Assembly: GCA_017935245.1 (NCBI GenBank) | Contig: JAGBHZ010000011.1 | Location: 107,286-171,285 of the forward strand | Length of the DNA stretch: 64,000 bases | Direction: 5' to 3' | Source of the DNA: Alphaproteobacteria bacterium | GTDB lineage: Bacteria; Pseudomonadota; Alphaproteobacteria; Rs-D84 | Part shown: positions 9,023 through 19,480 of the stretch, in pieces | Position numbering within the stretch: position 1 is the first letter of the stretch | Layout: every line of letters begins with the position of its first letter | Notes under the pieces: model-generated | Seen by the model: only the letters and a program-made list of their open reading frames with translations | Databases searched by the model: none | Told to the model about the DNA's origin: nothing | Made by a program: the position numbers and the translations under genes

Positions 9023-9751
9023 ATGTTTGATTTATCAGGACGCGTCGCATTAATTACAGGGGCCACCGGCGGTATCGGTGGCGCAATCGCACGTAAAATG
9101 AAGGAAGCCGGTGCAACCGTTGTTGTATCAGGGCGCAATGTGGCAAAAATGGATGCCGAATTTGGTGATGAATATATCAAAATTCCATGTGATTTGGCAG
9201 CCGAAGGTGGTGCGGTTGAATTGGTTATGAACACAATTGAACAGTGCGGCAAAATCGATATATTGATTAACAATGCCGGTATCACACGCGATACATTACT
9301 AATGCGTATGAGTGATGAACAATTTGATGAAGTTATTAATACAAACCTGCGGTCTTGCTTTAAAATGTGCCGTGCGGCAATTATGCCAATGATGAAAAAT
9401 CGATTTGGTCGTATTATTAATATGGCGTCAATCATTGGCACAATCGGTGGCCCGGGCCAGGCAAACTATGCCGCAAGTAAAGGTGGCATGATTGCAATGA
9501 CAAAATCCATCGCCGCCGAGGTTGCATCACGCGGCATTACCGCAAACGCAATCGCGCCGGGCTTTATCAAAACACCAATGACCGATGTTTTATCAGATGA
9601 ATTAAAGAAAACATATCTTAGCCAGATTCCGGCCGGTCGTTTTGGCGAACCAGAAGATATTGCAAATGCATGTGTTTTCTTGGCATCGGATGAGGCCGCA
9701 TATATCAACGGCCAAACATTACATGTAAATGGCGGCATGGGACGGTTCTAG
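9023..9751 (+). CDS. fabG: 3-oxoacyl-ACP reductase
   Basis: TGATGGIGGAIA Rossmann motif, NNAGITRD, and the YAASKGG catalytic Tyr/Lys. 242 aa. Confidence 0.95.
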   Translation: MFDLSGRVALITGATGGIGGAIARKMKEAGATVVVSGRNVAKMDAEFGDEYIKIPCDLAAEGGAVELVMNTIEQCGKIDILINNAGITRDTLLMRMSDEQFDEVINTNLRSCFKMCRAAIMPMMKNRFGRIINMASIIGTIGGPGQANYAASKGGMIAMTKSIAAEVASRGITANAIAPGFIKTPMTDVLSDELKKTYLSQIPAGRFGEPEDIANACVFLASDEAAYINGQTLHVNGGMGRF

Positions 9752-9754
9752 GCA

Positions 9755-11398
9755 ATGCAAAATTATGATGTAATTGTTATTGGTGGTGGACACGCCGGGG
9801 TAGAGGCCGCATCGGCATCCGCCCGACGTGGTGCAAAAACATTGCTGATGACAATGGCGGAAAGTGATTTGGGTGCTTTGTCATGCAACCCCAGTATTGG
9901 TGGCCCCGGCAAATCACAAATGGTGGCGGAAATGTCGGTACTGGGCGGGGTGATGGGACGTGCAGCCGACCGGGCGGGTATTCATTGGCGTACACTGAAC
10001 GCAACACATGGGGCGGCAACCCAGGCATTGCGCGCGCAGATTGACCGCAATTTATATCATGATGCAATTGTTGACATTTTATCAGAACATAAAAATCTGG
10101 ATATAAAGTACGAGGCGGTTTCTGATTTAGATATCAAAAAAAAGACCGTAAATAATGCGTATGCGGCAAAATCAATCGTGTTGACGACCGGAACATTTTT
10201 GCATGGCGTTGTTACACGCGGGGACGAAAAAATATCATCGGGGCGCCTGCAAGATGATGGCACATACCAGGCGGCGGATAAAAATATTTCCGACGTTCTG
10301 CGCGCGGCCGGATTTAAAATTTTAAGATTAAAGACGGGGACCCCTGCACGAATTTATCGTGATTCAATTAATTGGGATGCGTGCGAAATCCAAGAACCCG
10401 ACAGTCCGCATGACTGGTTCGATTTAGGGGATGAAAATAACAATTATCATTGCCCGTGCTATATCACACATACAAATGAAACAACACATAATGTAATTCG
10501 TGAAAATATAAAAAACGCGCCAATGTATAATGGCGACATTGTTGGTACCGGGCCGCGTTATTGCCCAAGCCTGGAAGACAAGGTTATGCGTTTCCCAGAA
10601 CATACATCGCATCATGTTTTCCTGGAACCAGAAGGCTACAACAGCGATATTATTTACCCAAACGGCATTTCGACCAGTTTTGGTCGCGACATCCAAGACA
10701 AATGGATTCGTACAATACCGGGCCTGGAAAACGCGCGTATTGCGCGGTATGGTTATGCAATTGAATATGACGCAATTGATGCACGTGCGCTAAACGATAA
10801 ATTACAAAGCAAAGATTTACCCTACATGTTCATGGCGGGGCAAATTAATGGTACAAGCGGATACGAAGAAGCCGCCGCCCAGGGTCTGGTTGCGGGGGCA
10901 AATGCGGCCGCATATGCGTTGGGAATTGATTACCTGGGACTTGACCGGACAAACGCGATGATTGGTGTATTGATTGACGATATTACAACATTGGGTGTGG
11001 ATGAACCATATCGTATGTTCACATCACGTGCGGAATATCGATTAAACCTGCGCGCGGATAATGCGATTGCACGGTTGGGGGAAATGGGTGTTAGATTGGG
11101 GTTATTATCGGCGGACACATATGAAAAATTATATGATAAAAAACGCGATATAATTGCCGAAAACGATAAATTCTATGCCGGATATATTGCGCGCAATGAA
11201 CGTGAAATTGCCGCGTACAAGCGTGATGCCAACATGAAAATTCCGACGGATTTTAAATATGACAATCTGCCGGGATTAACAAATGAATTAATCGAAAAAT
11301 TAAATACAGTGCGGCCGGAAAATATTGCGGACCTGGCGCGTATACCGGGTATGACACCGGCGGGTATTATGGTTGTATTACGGAAAATAAAAAATTAG
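9755..11398 (+). CDS. mnmG: tRNA uridine 5-carboxymethylaminomethyl modification enzyme MnmG/GidA (shortened, 547 aa)
   Basis: FAD-binding N-terminus (DVIVIGGGHAGVEAA), GPRYCPSLEDKVMRF, TSRAEYRL, and a C-terminal IPGMTPAGI. It is about 80 aa shorter than the E. coli protein. Confidence 0.85.
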   Translation: MQNYDVIVIGGGHAGVEAASASARRGAKTLLMTMAESDLGALSCNPSIGGPGKSQMVAEMSVLGGVMGRAADRAGIHWRTLNATHGAATQALRAQIDRNLYHDAIVDILSEHKNLDIKYEAVSDLDIKKKTVNNAYAAKSIVLTTGTFLHGVVTRGDEKISSGRLQDDGTYQAADKNISDVLRAAGFKILRLKTGTPARIYRDSINWDACEIQEPDSPHDWFDLGDENNNYHCPCYITHTNETTHNVIRENIKNAPMYNGDIVGTGPRYCPSLEDKVMRFPEHTSHHVFLEPEGYNSDIIYPNGISTSFGRDIQDKWIRTIPGLENARIARYGYAIEYDAIDARALNDKLQSKDLPYMFMAGQINGTSGYEEAAAQGLVAGANAAAYALGIDYLGLDRTNAMIGVLIDDITTLGVDEPYRMFTSRAEYRLNLRADNAIARLGEMGVRLGLLSADTYEKLYDKKRDIIAENDKFYAGYIARNEREIAAYKRDANMKIPTDFKYDNLPGLTNELIEKLNTVRPENIADLARIPGMTPAGIMVVLRKIKN

Positions 11399-12042
11399 TT
11401 TGTCTTGCGCGATGGACACCATTTTGCGACCGGGCATTTTTCACAGATTGGTCGCAGTGCCTTGCACACATATCGACCATGTAAAACCATCACATGATTA
11501 ACAATTGGATGGTATTTTTTTGGAATTTTTGTAAGTAATTTTTTTTCGACTTTTTCCGGCGTGTTGTCGGACGCGTCCACCCAACCATAACGATGTGCAT
11601 TGCGGAAAACATGCGTATCCACGCCGATGTTTGGTGCACCCCATAAAACATTACAAACAACATTTGCAGTTTTCTGACCAATACCCGGCAATTGCATTAA
11701 CGCATCACGGTTATGATATTTTTCTGGGAACGTGTCGGTTATATTTTCTGCAACCAATTTTCCCGCCAGTGCAATTATATTCTTTGCCTTGTTATTAAAG
11801 AACGAAATAACACGGATGTGTTCTTTTAACCCATCGATTCCCAACGCTAACATCTTATCTGCGGTCGGCGCCACACGAAATAGGGCGGGGGTAACTTCGT
11901 TCACTTTTTTATCTGTTGCCTGGGCGGATAAAATAACCGCCACCGCAAAGTTAAATTCATTAGTGTGATACAATTCCGACCGAATTGTCATATCAATCGT
12001 CGGTGGCACCAATTCAAAATATCTTTGCGGGGTCATGGACAT
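11395..12042 (-). CDS. nth: Endonuclease III (DNA glycosylase/AP lyase)
   Basis: HhH-GPD motif (LMQLPGIGQKTANVV) and a C-terminal 4Fe-4S cluster loop (CKALRPICEKCPVAKWC). 215 aa. Confidence 0.93.
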   Translation of the reverse strand: MSMTPQRYFELVPPTIDMTIRSELYHTNEFNFAVAVILSAQATDKKVNEVTPALFRVAPTADKMLALGIDGLKEHIRVISFFNNKAKNIIALAGKLVAENITDTFPEKYHNRDALMQLPGIGQKTANVVCNVLWGAPNIGVDTHVFRNAHRYGWVDASDNTPEKVEKKLLTKIPKKYHPIVNHVMVLHGRYVCKALRPICEKCPVAKWCPSRKTN

Positions 12043-12255
12043 TTATTTTTGCTTATATAATTTCGCCAAGATTTGTTCATTTTGCATTTTAACAATTCGC
12101 AGATTGTCTAAAATTGCGTATTCTTCCTTGTTTAAATGTAATTGACGAGAACATGTTCCAAAACTATTGCATTTGCCATTTACTGTTAACAAATCCCTGC
12201 AGATATTTCTGTGATTTTCTGGATAGAAATAGTGTTCACAATATTTGTCGGCCAT
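12043..12255 (-). CDS. Small Cys4 hypothetical protein (a single copy of the G[KR]C[KN] module)
   Basis: 70 aa with four Cys: YCEHY...ICRDL...NGKCNSFGTC. It is packed between the 137-aa gene and nth with gaps of 11 nt and 0 nt. Confidence 0.5.
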   Translation of the reverse strand: MADKYCEHYFYPENHRNICRDLLTVNGKCNSFGTCSRQLHLNKEEYAILDNLRIVKMQNEQILAKLYKQK

Positions 12256-12266
12256 ATTTTTTCCTT

Positions 12267-12680
12267 TTACTTCTGTTTATCTTTATCGCGATGAATAAAT
12301 TGCAACAAACGTGTTACCAATTCCATTTCTGCACTTAAATAGATTCCAAAACCACAGTCTTTTTCACCGGGCATATTTTCATGTAACTTGCATTTGCCGC
12401 CCGGTGTTTGATGCGGACAGTGTTTATCAATTTGACCACAATACAGACCATCTGGATATGTTTTTATTGGCTGTGCGGTTGTTGAAATCACGCGTGGTGC
12501 GCCACTGCGAATATAATACAGGTATTTAATCAGAAATCCCATATCTGGATTTTCAACAACAACCGAATCTGGACATTGTTCCACTTCATCCAATCGTTCG
12601 GTCAATTTGCACCGTCCATCGGACATTTTTTCCGGGCATTTTGTCCCAATATTACCGCAATACAAATATGGGTATTTCAT
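12267..12680 (-). CDS. Hypothetical protein with an internally duplicated Cys4 module
   Basis: 137 aa. It carries two tandem repeats, YLYCGNIGTKCPEKMSDGRCKL...C and GLYCGQIDKHCPHQTPGGKCKL...C. It starts 12 nt downstream of ileS on the minus strand. Confidence 0.55.
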   Translation of the reverse strand: MKYPYLYCGNIGTKCPEKMSDGRCKLTERLDEVEQCPDSVVVENPDMGFLIKYLYYIRSGAPRVISTTAQPIKTYPDGLYCGQIDKHCPHQTPGGKCKLHENMPGEKDCGFGIYLSAEMELVTRLLQFIHRDKDKQK

Positions 12681-12692
12681 ATATTAATCCCC

Positions 12693-15600
12693 CTATGCCT
12701 TTTTAACAGAAATATTCAGATTATATCCTTCGATTTCTGTTGAATATTCGCCGTCGCCTGCAACCATTTCGACAACCAGCGCTTCACGCATGATGCGTTT
12801 TTGATGCTGATTGATTGCATTCACAATTGCCGGATCGCCCGAATATGTTAAAACAATTCTGTCGGATACATCCAGGTTTGCCCCCTTGCGCGTGTCTTGG
12901 ATAAAACGCAGGGCGTCGTTCGCCAACCCTTCGGCAACCAGGTCCGCTGTAACATCTGTATTCAAAACAACAACGGCGGTGTTATCTGGCAATGCCGCAC
13001 CAGTTATTCCCGGTTTTACGTTCAGACGTTTTTCAAATTCATCCATCCCCAGTGTATATTCACCAACGATTAATTTATTATCATCAATCTGGTATTCGCC
13101 ACGTTTAACGGCCGGGATGATTTCTTTTAACGCACCACCCAGACGCGCACCAATTTTTGGCGTAATCAGGTAAATAAATGAATCTGCAACATCATCGATA
13201 TTTTCAATAAATTGAACTTCTTTTACGTTTAATTCATCACGGATGATGTCGGCATATTCGCTTAAATCCGTGCCGGCAATTGTCATGGATGCCAATGGCA
13301 AACGATTACGCAATTTATATTGTTCGCGCAATTGTTTTCCGGTTGATACAATCGATTGTACACGCCGCATTTCAGACAGGATTTTTTTATCAAACTTGTA
13401 CGCGGTCGGAAAATCTGTCAGATGTACAGATTCTGCCCCGGTTAAATTACGATAGATATAATCAGATACAAACGGCGCAAACGGTGCCAGTACGCGACAA
13501 ACCGTCGTCAGTACCGTGTACAGCGTATCAAATGCATCTTGTTCTTCGTCCCAGAAACGCGCGCGTCCGCGACGTATGTACCAGTTGTTCAAGATATCCA
13601 AGAAACGAACAATTTCTTTGATTGCGACGTCGGGTCTGTAATCTTCCAACGTAATTTGAACAACGTGCATCAATACATTTAGTTCCGCCATTATATAATC
13701 ATCCAATGCATTGGTCTTGGCGTATTGTTCGTTATTCTTTGCGACAATGTTGCCTGCATTTGCATAAAGCGTAAAGAAGTGATACGCATTCCACAGCGGT
13801 GTTAAAATTGTTTTTGTTGATTCTGCAAACACTTTGCCTTCTTTATCGACCGGCACTGGTTCTGTCTTCAAGAAATTAGACCCCAGAATAAACAATCGAA
13901 TTGCATCAGCGCTGTATTGTTCAATCTGTGCGCTTGGGTCCACATAATTGCGCAGTGATTTTGAAAACTTTTTCTTGTTTTCATCAACAATCATACCGTT
14001 AACAGATACCGCGCGAAACGCCGGCTTATCAAACAGTGCCGTTGCCAACACCATTAATGCATAGAACCAACCACGTGTTTGATCCTGGCCTTCGATAATA
14101 TAATCTGCGGGGAATGTTGCTTCGAATTTATCTTGGTTTTCAAACGGATAATGCAGTGATGCCCATGGCATAGAACCCGATTCAACCCAGCAATCCAGAA
14201 CATCTGGGATACGTGTCCAACCATCTTTTTCCAATTTATCCAACGTTGGACGATGCAGGTCATCGATTTTCACACCAAAGAATTCTTCGATTTCTGCGAT
14301 TGAACCAAATACTTTGAATTCGCCATCTTTTTCCCAGATTGGCAATGGCATCCCCCAGAAACGATTTCTGGAAATAGACCATGGACGCGCGTTTTCAATC
14401 CACATGCGGAAACGCTCACCGGCACTTGTCCAATTAACCAAATTGTTATTGGCAATTAATTTGTCTTTGATTTTTGGCACGTCAATATACCAAGAATCCG
14501 TCGCGCGTTGGATTAGTTTTTCTTTTGACCGGTCACCAAATGGATAACTGTGCTTGTACTGTTCTTTTTTAACCAGGCGGCCATTTGCTTTTAACCAATC
14601 CAGAATCTTTGGTGTTGCGGCAAAGATATTTTCACCCGCAAAATCCGTTACCGTTTCATCAAAATTGCCATACGTATCAACATTTAATAAAACCGGGAAT
14701 TTTGCATCAATGTTTTTTGCCGCCCAGAAGTCATCTGCCCCATACGCCGGTGCGATATGAACGATACCCGTACCATCGGAATCGGAAACATAGTCCGCCG
14801 GGATAACCTGGAACAATAATTCAGACCCGCCCGCATAGTATGGGAACAGCGGCGTATAATGCATACCGGCCAAATCTGCGCCCGTTACGCGCCCTATTTC
14901 GGTTGCATTTGCGAATTGTTTTTCATATGCCTTCAGACGGCTTTCTGCGACAACATAAACCGCGCCATCGGTGTCCGCCATACGCAGGTATGTCATACGT
15001 GGATTTACCGCCAGCGCAGAATTTGCCGGTAATGTCCATGGGGTTGTTGTCCATGCGATTGCACGGTCGCCGTTTTCCAGTTCAAACCAAACCGTTACCG
15101 CATCATCAACAATTTCGCGATAATCCTGGGATGCTTCGGAATTTGAAACAACCGTACCGTTCACCCAGTCGTATGGATTAACACTGTAATCTTTATACAA
15201 CAGACCCTTGTCATACAAAGACTTTAATGTCCACAACATGGATTCCATATAGTTTTTATCCATGGTTTTATAACCATAATTATCACCAATATCGACCCAG
15301 CGCCCCATACGTGCGATAAATTTTTCCCATTCTTTGGTGTATGTCATAACGTCTGTGCGACACATATCACAGAATGCGGCGATACCATCATCTGCCACGA
15401 TATTTTTTGCAGATTTTCCAACCTTTTTTTCGACCGAGTTTTCCGCCGGCAACCCATGGCAATCCCACCCCAGTTCGCGGTTAACATAACGCCCCGACAT
15501 TGTCTGGAAACGCGACACCATGTCTTTGACAACACTAACACCCAAATGCCCCCAGTGTGGCAAACCATTTCCAAACGGTGGCCCATCATAGAAAGAAAAC

Positions 15601-15722
15601 GGATGCCCCAGTTTTGTTTTTTCTAATGATTTATGGAAAATATCATTTTCACGCCAGTACGCCAATAATTCGTGTTCTAGTTCTGTGAAATTCGCACGTG
15701 GGTCTGTTTTTGGATATGACAT
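12693..15722 (-). CDS. ileS: Isoleucyl-tRNA synthetase, type 2 (eukaryote-like)
   Basis: FSFYDGPPFGNGLPHWGHL (HIGH region), KFSKS (KMSKS), about 1009 aa, and a type-2 architecture. The likely start is the internal Met (MSYPKTDP); the tracked ORF extends 20 codons further upstream. Confidence 0.93.
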   Translation of the reverse strand: MSYPKTDPRANFTELEHELLAYWRENDIFHKSLEKTKLGHPFSFYDGPPFGNGLPHWGHLGVSVVKDMVSRFQTMSGRYVNRELGWDCHGLPAENSVEKKVGKSAKNIVADDGIAAFCDMCRTDVMTYTKEWEKFIARMGRWVDIGDNYGYKTMDKNYMESMLWTLKSLYDKGLLYKDYSVNPYDWVNGTVVSNSEASQDYREIVDDAVTVWFELENGDRAIAWTTTPWTLPANSALAVNPRMTYLRMADTDGAVYVVAESRLKAYEKQFANATEIGRVTGADLAGMHYTPLFPYYAGGSELLFQVIPADYVSDSDGTGIVHIAPAYGADDFWAAKNIDAKFPVLLNVDTYGNFDETVTDFAGENIFAATPKILDWLKANGRLVKKEQYKHSYPFGDRSKEKLIQRATDSWYIDVPKIKDKLIANNNLVNWTSAGERFRMWIENARPWSISRNRFWGMPLPIWEKDGEFKVFGSIAEIEEFFGVKIDDLHRPTLDKLEKDGWTRIPDVLDCWVESGSMPWASLHYPFENQDKFEATFPADYIIEGQDQTRGWFYALMVLATALFDKPAFRAVSVNGMIVDENKKKFSKSLRNYVDPSAQIEQYSADAIRLFILGSNFLKTEPVPVDKEGKVFAESTKTILTPLWNAYHFFTLYANAGNIVAKNNEQYAKTNALDDYIMAELNVLMHVVQITLEDYRPDVAIKEIVRFLDILNNWYIRRGRARFWDEEQDAFDTLYTVLTTVCRVLAPFAPFVSDYIYRNLTGAESVHLTDFPTAYKFDKKILSEMRRVQSIVSTGKQLREQYKLRNRLPLASMTIAGTDLSEYADIIRDELNVKEVQFIENIDDVADSFIYLITPKIGARLGGALKEIIPAVKRGEYQIDDNKLIVGEYTLGMDEFEKRLNVKPGITGAALPDNTAVVVLNTDVTADLVAEGLANDALRFIQDTRKGANLDVSDRIVLTYSGDPAIVNAINQHQKRIMREALVVEMVAGDGEYSTEIEGYNLNISVKKA

Positions 15723-15846
15723 AACTATACTCCGTATTTTTATTATTAAAAAAAGGCGCCCATGCGCCCCAGCCACCGCCAAAGCGCAGTGTCAATTCAT
15801 TTAATAATAATTATTGTTGTCTTATTCATTATTGTTTTTTTATTTC

Positions 15847-15922
15847 TGGTGCCGGTGACAGGACTTGAACCTACGACCCCCTCATTACGAATGAGATGCT
15901 CTACCAGCTGAGCTACACCGGC
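15847..15922 (-). tRNA. tRNA-Thr (anticodon CGU)
   Basis: The reverse complement GCCGGTGTAGCTCAGCTGGTAGAGCA...CTCATTCGTAATGAG...GGTTCAAGTCC...CACCGGCACCA folds as a cloverleaf. The T-stem has two G-U pairs. Confidence 0.85.
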
Positions 15923-15971
15923 GTAACGCAACCGACTATAAAACATATTTATGATAATTTCCAGTATATTT

Positions 15972-16706
15972 TTATTTGTCGCCGTTTTTTGCATTAATCT
16001 GTTCTTTTCCAACCTTTATTACGCCGTTGGAATATGTGGGGGCGGATATCTTGTCAATTGTGGTCGCCCAATATGCCGCGCCATCGGTTAAACGCAACGC
16101 GTATAATTTTTTATCACCACCAACAACAAATGCAACATCATCTACGATTATAAATGGTGCCGCAACACTAATCCCGGTGCACCAAACCGACGTGCCCGAT
16201 GTGGAATTTATCTTGCAAAATGCGTCCCCCAGGCCACCTGCATATACATATTTATCGCGAACAATTACCGGCGCAACAATATCCAAAACGGACGCACCAC
16301 CGGTTAAATTACTGGGGCGGTAAACGTCGGCAATCCACATAATTTGACGATTTTTTGGATTTATTTTTACAACCTCGCCGGTGGTAAGGCCGGCATAAAC
16401 ATATGCGCCACTGCAAACAGGTTGTGAATTTCCCGCGACATAATTATCTGTGGCAAATCCACTAAACACCTTGCGCGGGCCATCCCAAATCGTATTTGAT
16501 GAATCCATTGTATATGGACATTCAATTTGTGGCATTGTATATGCGACATCTGATATTTTTTCAATATCTGTGTTTAAAATTGTTACATTTTCACCCTGGA
16601 ATATTGGTGTGCGAACACCCGGCAAAATTGGGTCATGTTTATCACATGACGCCAATAAAACCAATGATAAAAATGCAACAATTAGACGTTTCATATTTTT
16701 CACCAA
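15972..16706 (-). CDS. PQQ-like beta-propeller lipoprotein, BamB-like (shortened)
   Basis: Lipoprotein signal peptide (LSLVLLASC). Repeated YVYAGG...W and LYALRLTDGAAYW blades. It lies immediately downstream of the yfgM-like gene, matching the E. coli yfgM-bamB arrangement. Only 244 aa. Confidence 0.6.
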   Translation of the reverse strand: MVKNMKRLIVAFLSLVLLASCDKHDPILPGVRTPIFQGENVTILNTDIEKISDVAYTMPQIECPYTMDSSNTIWDGPRKVFSGFATDNYVAGNSQPVCSGAYVYAGLTTGEVVKINPKNRQIMWIADVYRPSNLTGGASVLDIVAPVIVRDKYVYAGGLGDAFCKINSTSGTSVWCTGISVAAPFIIVDDVAFVVGGDKKLYALRLTDGAAYWATTIDKISAPTYSNGVIKVGKEQINAKNGDK

Positions 16707-17357
16707 TTATTTTAATGTTGATGCCGCCCCCACGATTGCATCTGGCGCATCAGAATCATTAATAATCTTATCCAGCCATTTATTGGCAACCACGCGATTA
16801 CCATCCGCCAAATACTTTTGTGCGACGGTTAATGCGGCCGTATAATAAAATGGTGAATTTTTTGTATCCAGGTCAGATAAAAATTCTTGGACCCCATCGG
16901 CGGTCATTTCATCACCACGCGCATTTACAATATGCAGACGCGCCAAATCACGAAAATCACGCGTATTACCATCAGATGCCAGACGTTCCAGTTTTGTTAT
17001 ATCTTTGTCCAGTAAATACGCCTGGAACAATGCCAAATCAGCGGTTGCACCCGATGCATCATCGGCAAAGTGCGCCAGATTATTTGCATCCACACTGGCC
17101 AATGCGGTTTCATACGCTTCGGCGGTTTGCATTTTTTGTGCACGAATATGACGCACCCCGATTTGAAAACCAGTTGCAATAATCATTATAACCAGCGCAC
17201 CTGCAACCATATGACGATAATATTTCTTGATAAATTTCATCGTTTTTTCGTTGTTGACGTCTTCCCAAACCTCGCGATAAAGGGCGTCTTCGGCGTATTC
17301 TTGACGTGTTTTTTTCTTTGGGGCTACTTTTTGATTTCTTTGTAAAATTGATGCCAT
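16707..17357 (-). CDS. YfgM-like membrane-anchored TPR-like protein (UPF0070)
   Basis: Basic N-terminus, a single transmembrane helix (MVAGALVIMIIATGF), then a helical domain. Its position upstream of the BamB-like gene supports the call. Confidence 0.55.
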   Translation of the reverse strand: MASILQRNQKVAPKKKTRQEYAEDALYREVWEDVNNEKTMKFIKKYYRHMVAGALVIMIIATGFQIGVRHIRAQKMQTAEAYETALASVDANNLAHFADDASGATADLALFQAYLLDKDITKLERLASDGNTRDFRDLARLHIVNARGDEMTADGVQEFLSDLDTKNSPFYYTAALTVAQKYLADGNRVVANKWLDKIINDSDAPDAIVGAASTLK

Positions 17358-17412
17358 GTTGTTAATCTCCTGGGCTTGATAATTCTTATTTTCTTGCTAT
17401 ACTATAAAAGTT

Positions 17413-18324
17413 ATGAGAAAGGAAATCAAGAACGCTTTACCGGTTCAGGCAAATACTTCATTGGTTGCGGCCCGTGGGGTCAGTGATGAATCCGGCCTGG
17501 CGCAATATATTCAAACGGTGCAAAAAATTCCAATTCTGTCCGCCGAAGAAGAATATGAATATGCCACAAAATGGGTTAAAACACGTGATGCGTCCGCCGG
17601 GGAAAAATTGGTTGCATCCCATCTGCGGATGGTGGTGTCGGTGGCGTATGATTTTAAAAACTATGGCATTCCGGTTGGTGATTTAATCGCCAGTGGTAAT
17701 ATGGGATTAATGCAGGCACTGCAAAAATTTGACCCAGAAAAAGGTTTTCGATTTTCAACGTATGCAATGTTCTGGGTGCGGGCAGAAATATATGAAACAA
17801 TTCTTAATAATTGGTCAATTGTTAAAATTGGGACATCTGCAAATCAAAAACGTGTGTTCTTTAACCTGGCGCGGGCAAAACGTGCGCTGGGGATTATGGA
17901 CAACAATATGTCCGATGAACAAACAAAACAGGTTGCAGATTATCTGAACGTGCCTGAAAATGATGTAAAACGTATGGCAACGCGTGTTGGGGCACGGGAT
18001 TTATCACTGAACGCACCCGCACACAATAACGAAGACGGCACAACAGATATATTGTCCAATCTGGCCGATAATAAAACAAATATAGAAGAGGGACTGGAAC
18101 AACTGGAATTCCGGCGGCGTGGTTATGAATTATTGCGAAAGCATCTTGAAAAATTACCAGAACGCGACCGCGAAATATTAAAGGCACGACGTTTGTCTGA
18201 TCCGGTGGTTACACTGGAATCACTGTCCCAGAAATATGGAATTTCACGTGAACGTGTTCGACAAATCGAAGAACGGGCGTACAACAAATTACGCGACGCA
18301 ATTTTAAAAGACAGTCAGGGGTAA
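17413..18324 (+). CDS. rpoH: RNA polymerase sigma-32 (heat-shock sigma factor)
   Basis: Sigma-70 regions 2 and 4, the RpoH box (QKRVFFNLARAKR), and PILSAEEE. 303 aa. Confidence 0.9.
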   Translation: MRKEIKNALPVQANTSLVAARGVSDESGLAQYIQTVQKIPILSAEEEYEYATKWVKTRDASAGEKLVASHLRMVVSVAYDFKNYGIPVGDLIASGNMGLMQALQKFDPEKGFRFSTYAMFWVRAEIYETILNNWSIVKIGTSANQKRVFFNLARAKRALGIMDNNMSDEQTKQVADYLNVPENDVKRMATRVGARDLSLNAPAHNNEDGTTDILSNLADNKTNIEEGLEQLEFRRRGYELLRKHLEKLPERDREILKARRLSDPVVTLESLSQKYGISRERVRQIEERAYNKLRDAILKDSQG

Positions 18325-18330
18325 TAATTC

Positions 18331-19356
18331 ATGGGATTATTGGTTAAATTTTCGTTTGCAACACTGGCATTTTTTTCATGTATGACGGTGGCAAACGCGT
18401 TACAGTATAATGTCGGTGATTTTAATTTTAAACTGACCGGTTATGGGACCAGTGGCATAATTCAACCAGATTTTGAAACACCGGTTTTTATCGGTGATTG
18501 GCGCGTTCGTGGCCAGATGGATTTTTCACCAAATGAAACACATAAATTTGGGGCCGTGTATTCAATCGATGCCGCCGCAACCGATGATGGACGCGCATTT
18601 CGTGAAGCGTTTGGTTACTATGAATTACAAAATACTGGACGAATTGAAATCGGATTCACAGATTCTATTGCGCGGAAACTGGGGGTGGGGTTGCCGGATG
18701 TTGGTGGACTGCGTATAAATGACCGACCGATTTTCCATAAAAAAATCGTTCCAGATGGACCGGTTATTTCGGATACAACACTGACCACGGGGCGGCGCGC
18801 ATTGCGTACAAATATTGTATCTGCACCACGTTCGGGGGCACAATATGGGTTGTCGATTGCCGGTATTACAGATGATTATGATTTTGCCGTTGATATGGGA
18901 TTGAAAATTCGGCGGCCGTCTGGAAAATTAAAGCGCGCATTTTCATTTGGTACTTCTTTTATGGATAACCCACACGGGTTTAGTACCGATGTTTATGCGC
19001 CCGCGGTTACATCTGATTGGCGCGCCCAATTTACCGCCGGGATGAATATTCAATATAACAGTTGGATTTGGGGTACAACCGCACGTGTTATTTATGACGA
19101 AAATCCAATCGGCCCAATTTCAGATGGTATTGTTGCCGGCACCGGGGTCAGTTATGATTTAATGAAATACAGTGTGTCGCTGACCTATATGTTTTCAGAT
19201 ACAGGTGTATGGAATCGCGATGTAAAAGATTTTATGGACCATATGTTAATTGGTTCATTCCGATATAAATACAGTGAAAATGTCGATGGCTGGATATCGT
19301 TGGGTATAACATCGGAAACACCGTTTGTTTCGGCCGGTATGCGGATTACGTTCTAA
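18331..19356 (+). CDS. Outer-membrane beta-barrel protein (porin-like), hypothetical
   Basis: Signal peptide, alternating amphipathic beta-strand pattern, C-terminal ...GMRITF with a terminal Phe. 341 aa. Confidence 0.6.
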   Translation: MGLLVKFSFATLAFFSCMTVANALQYNVGDFNFKLTGYGTSGIIQPDFETPVFIGDWRVRGQMDFSPNETHKFGAVYSIDAAATDDGRAFREAFGYYELQNTGRIEIGFTDSIARKLGVGLPDVGGLRINDRPIFHKKIVPDGPVISDTTLTTGRRALRTNIVSAPRSGAQYGLSIAGITDDYDFAVDMGLKIRRPSGKLKRAFSFGTSFMDNPHGFSTDVYAPAVTSDWRAQFTAGMNIQYNSWIWGTTARVIYDENPIGPISDGIVAGTGVSYDLMKYSVSLTYMFSDTGVWNRDVKDFMDHMLIGSFRYKYSENVDGWISLGITSETPFVSAGMRITF

Positions 19357-19382
19357 AAAAAACGTGTGTACGTTTTTTTTAA
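19357..19382 (+). terminator. Rho-independent terminator after the porin-like gene
   Basis: AACGT-gtgt-ACGTT followed by TTTTTTTT. Confidence 0.6.
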
Positions 19383-19480
19383 AAAGAGCAAATGGCAAAG
19401 TTCAAAGTGCAATTATGGAAATATAACTTTGTATTTCGTATTTTTTGGTTTAGAATTAATTTGTTAAAAAAGGAGAAAAA

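Noticed and set aside
15847-15922. Concern that the tRNA-Thr T-stem has two G-U pairs
   Set aside because: The acceptor, D and anticodon arms are canonical, and the CGU anticodon loop is a proper 7-mer. I keep it as a tRNA, with slightly lowered confidence.
15797-16012. 71-aa minus-strand ORF in the track
   Set aside because: It is the translation of the tRNA-Thr gene and its flank (GVAQLVEHLIRNEGVVGSSPV is tRNA sequence read as protein), so it is spurious.
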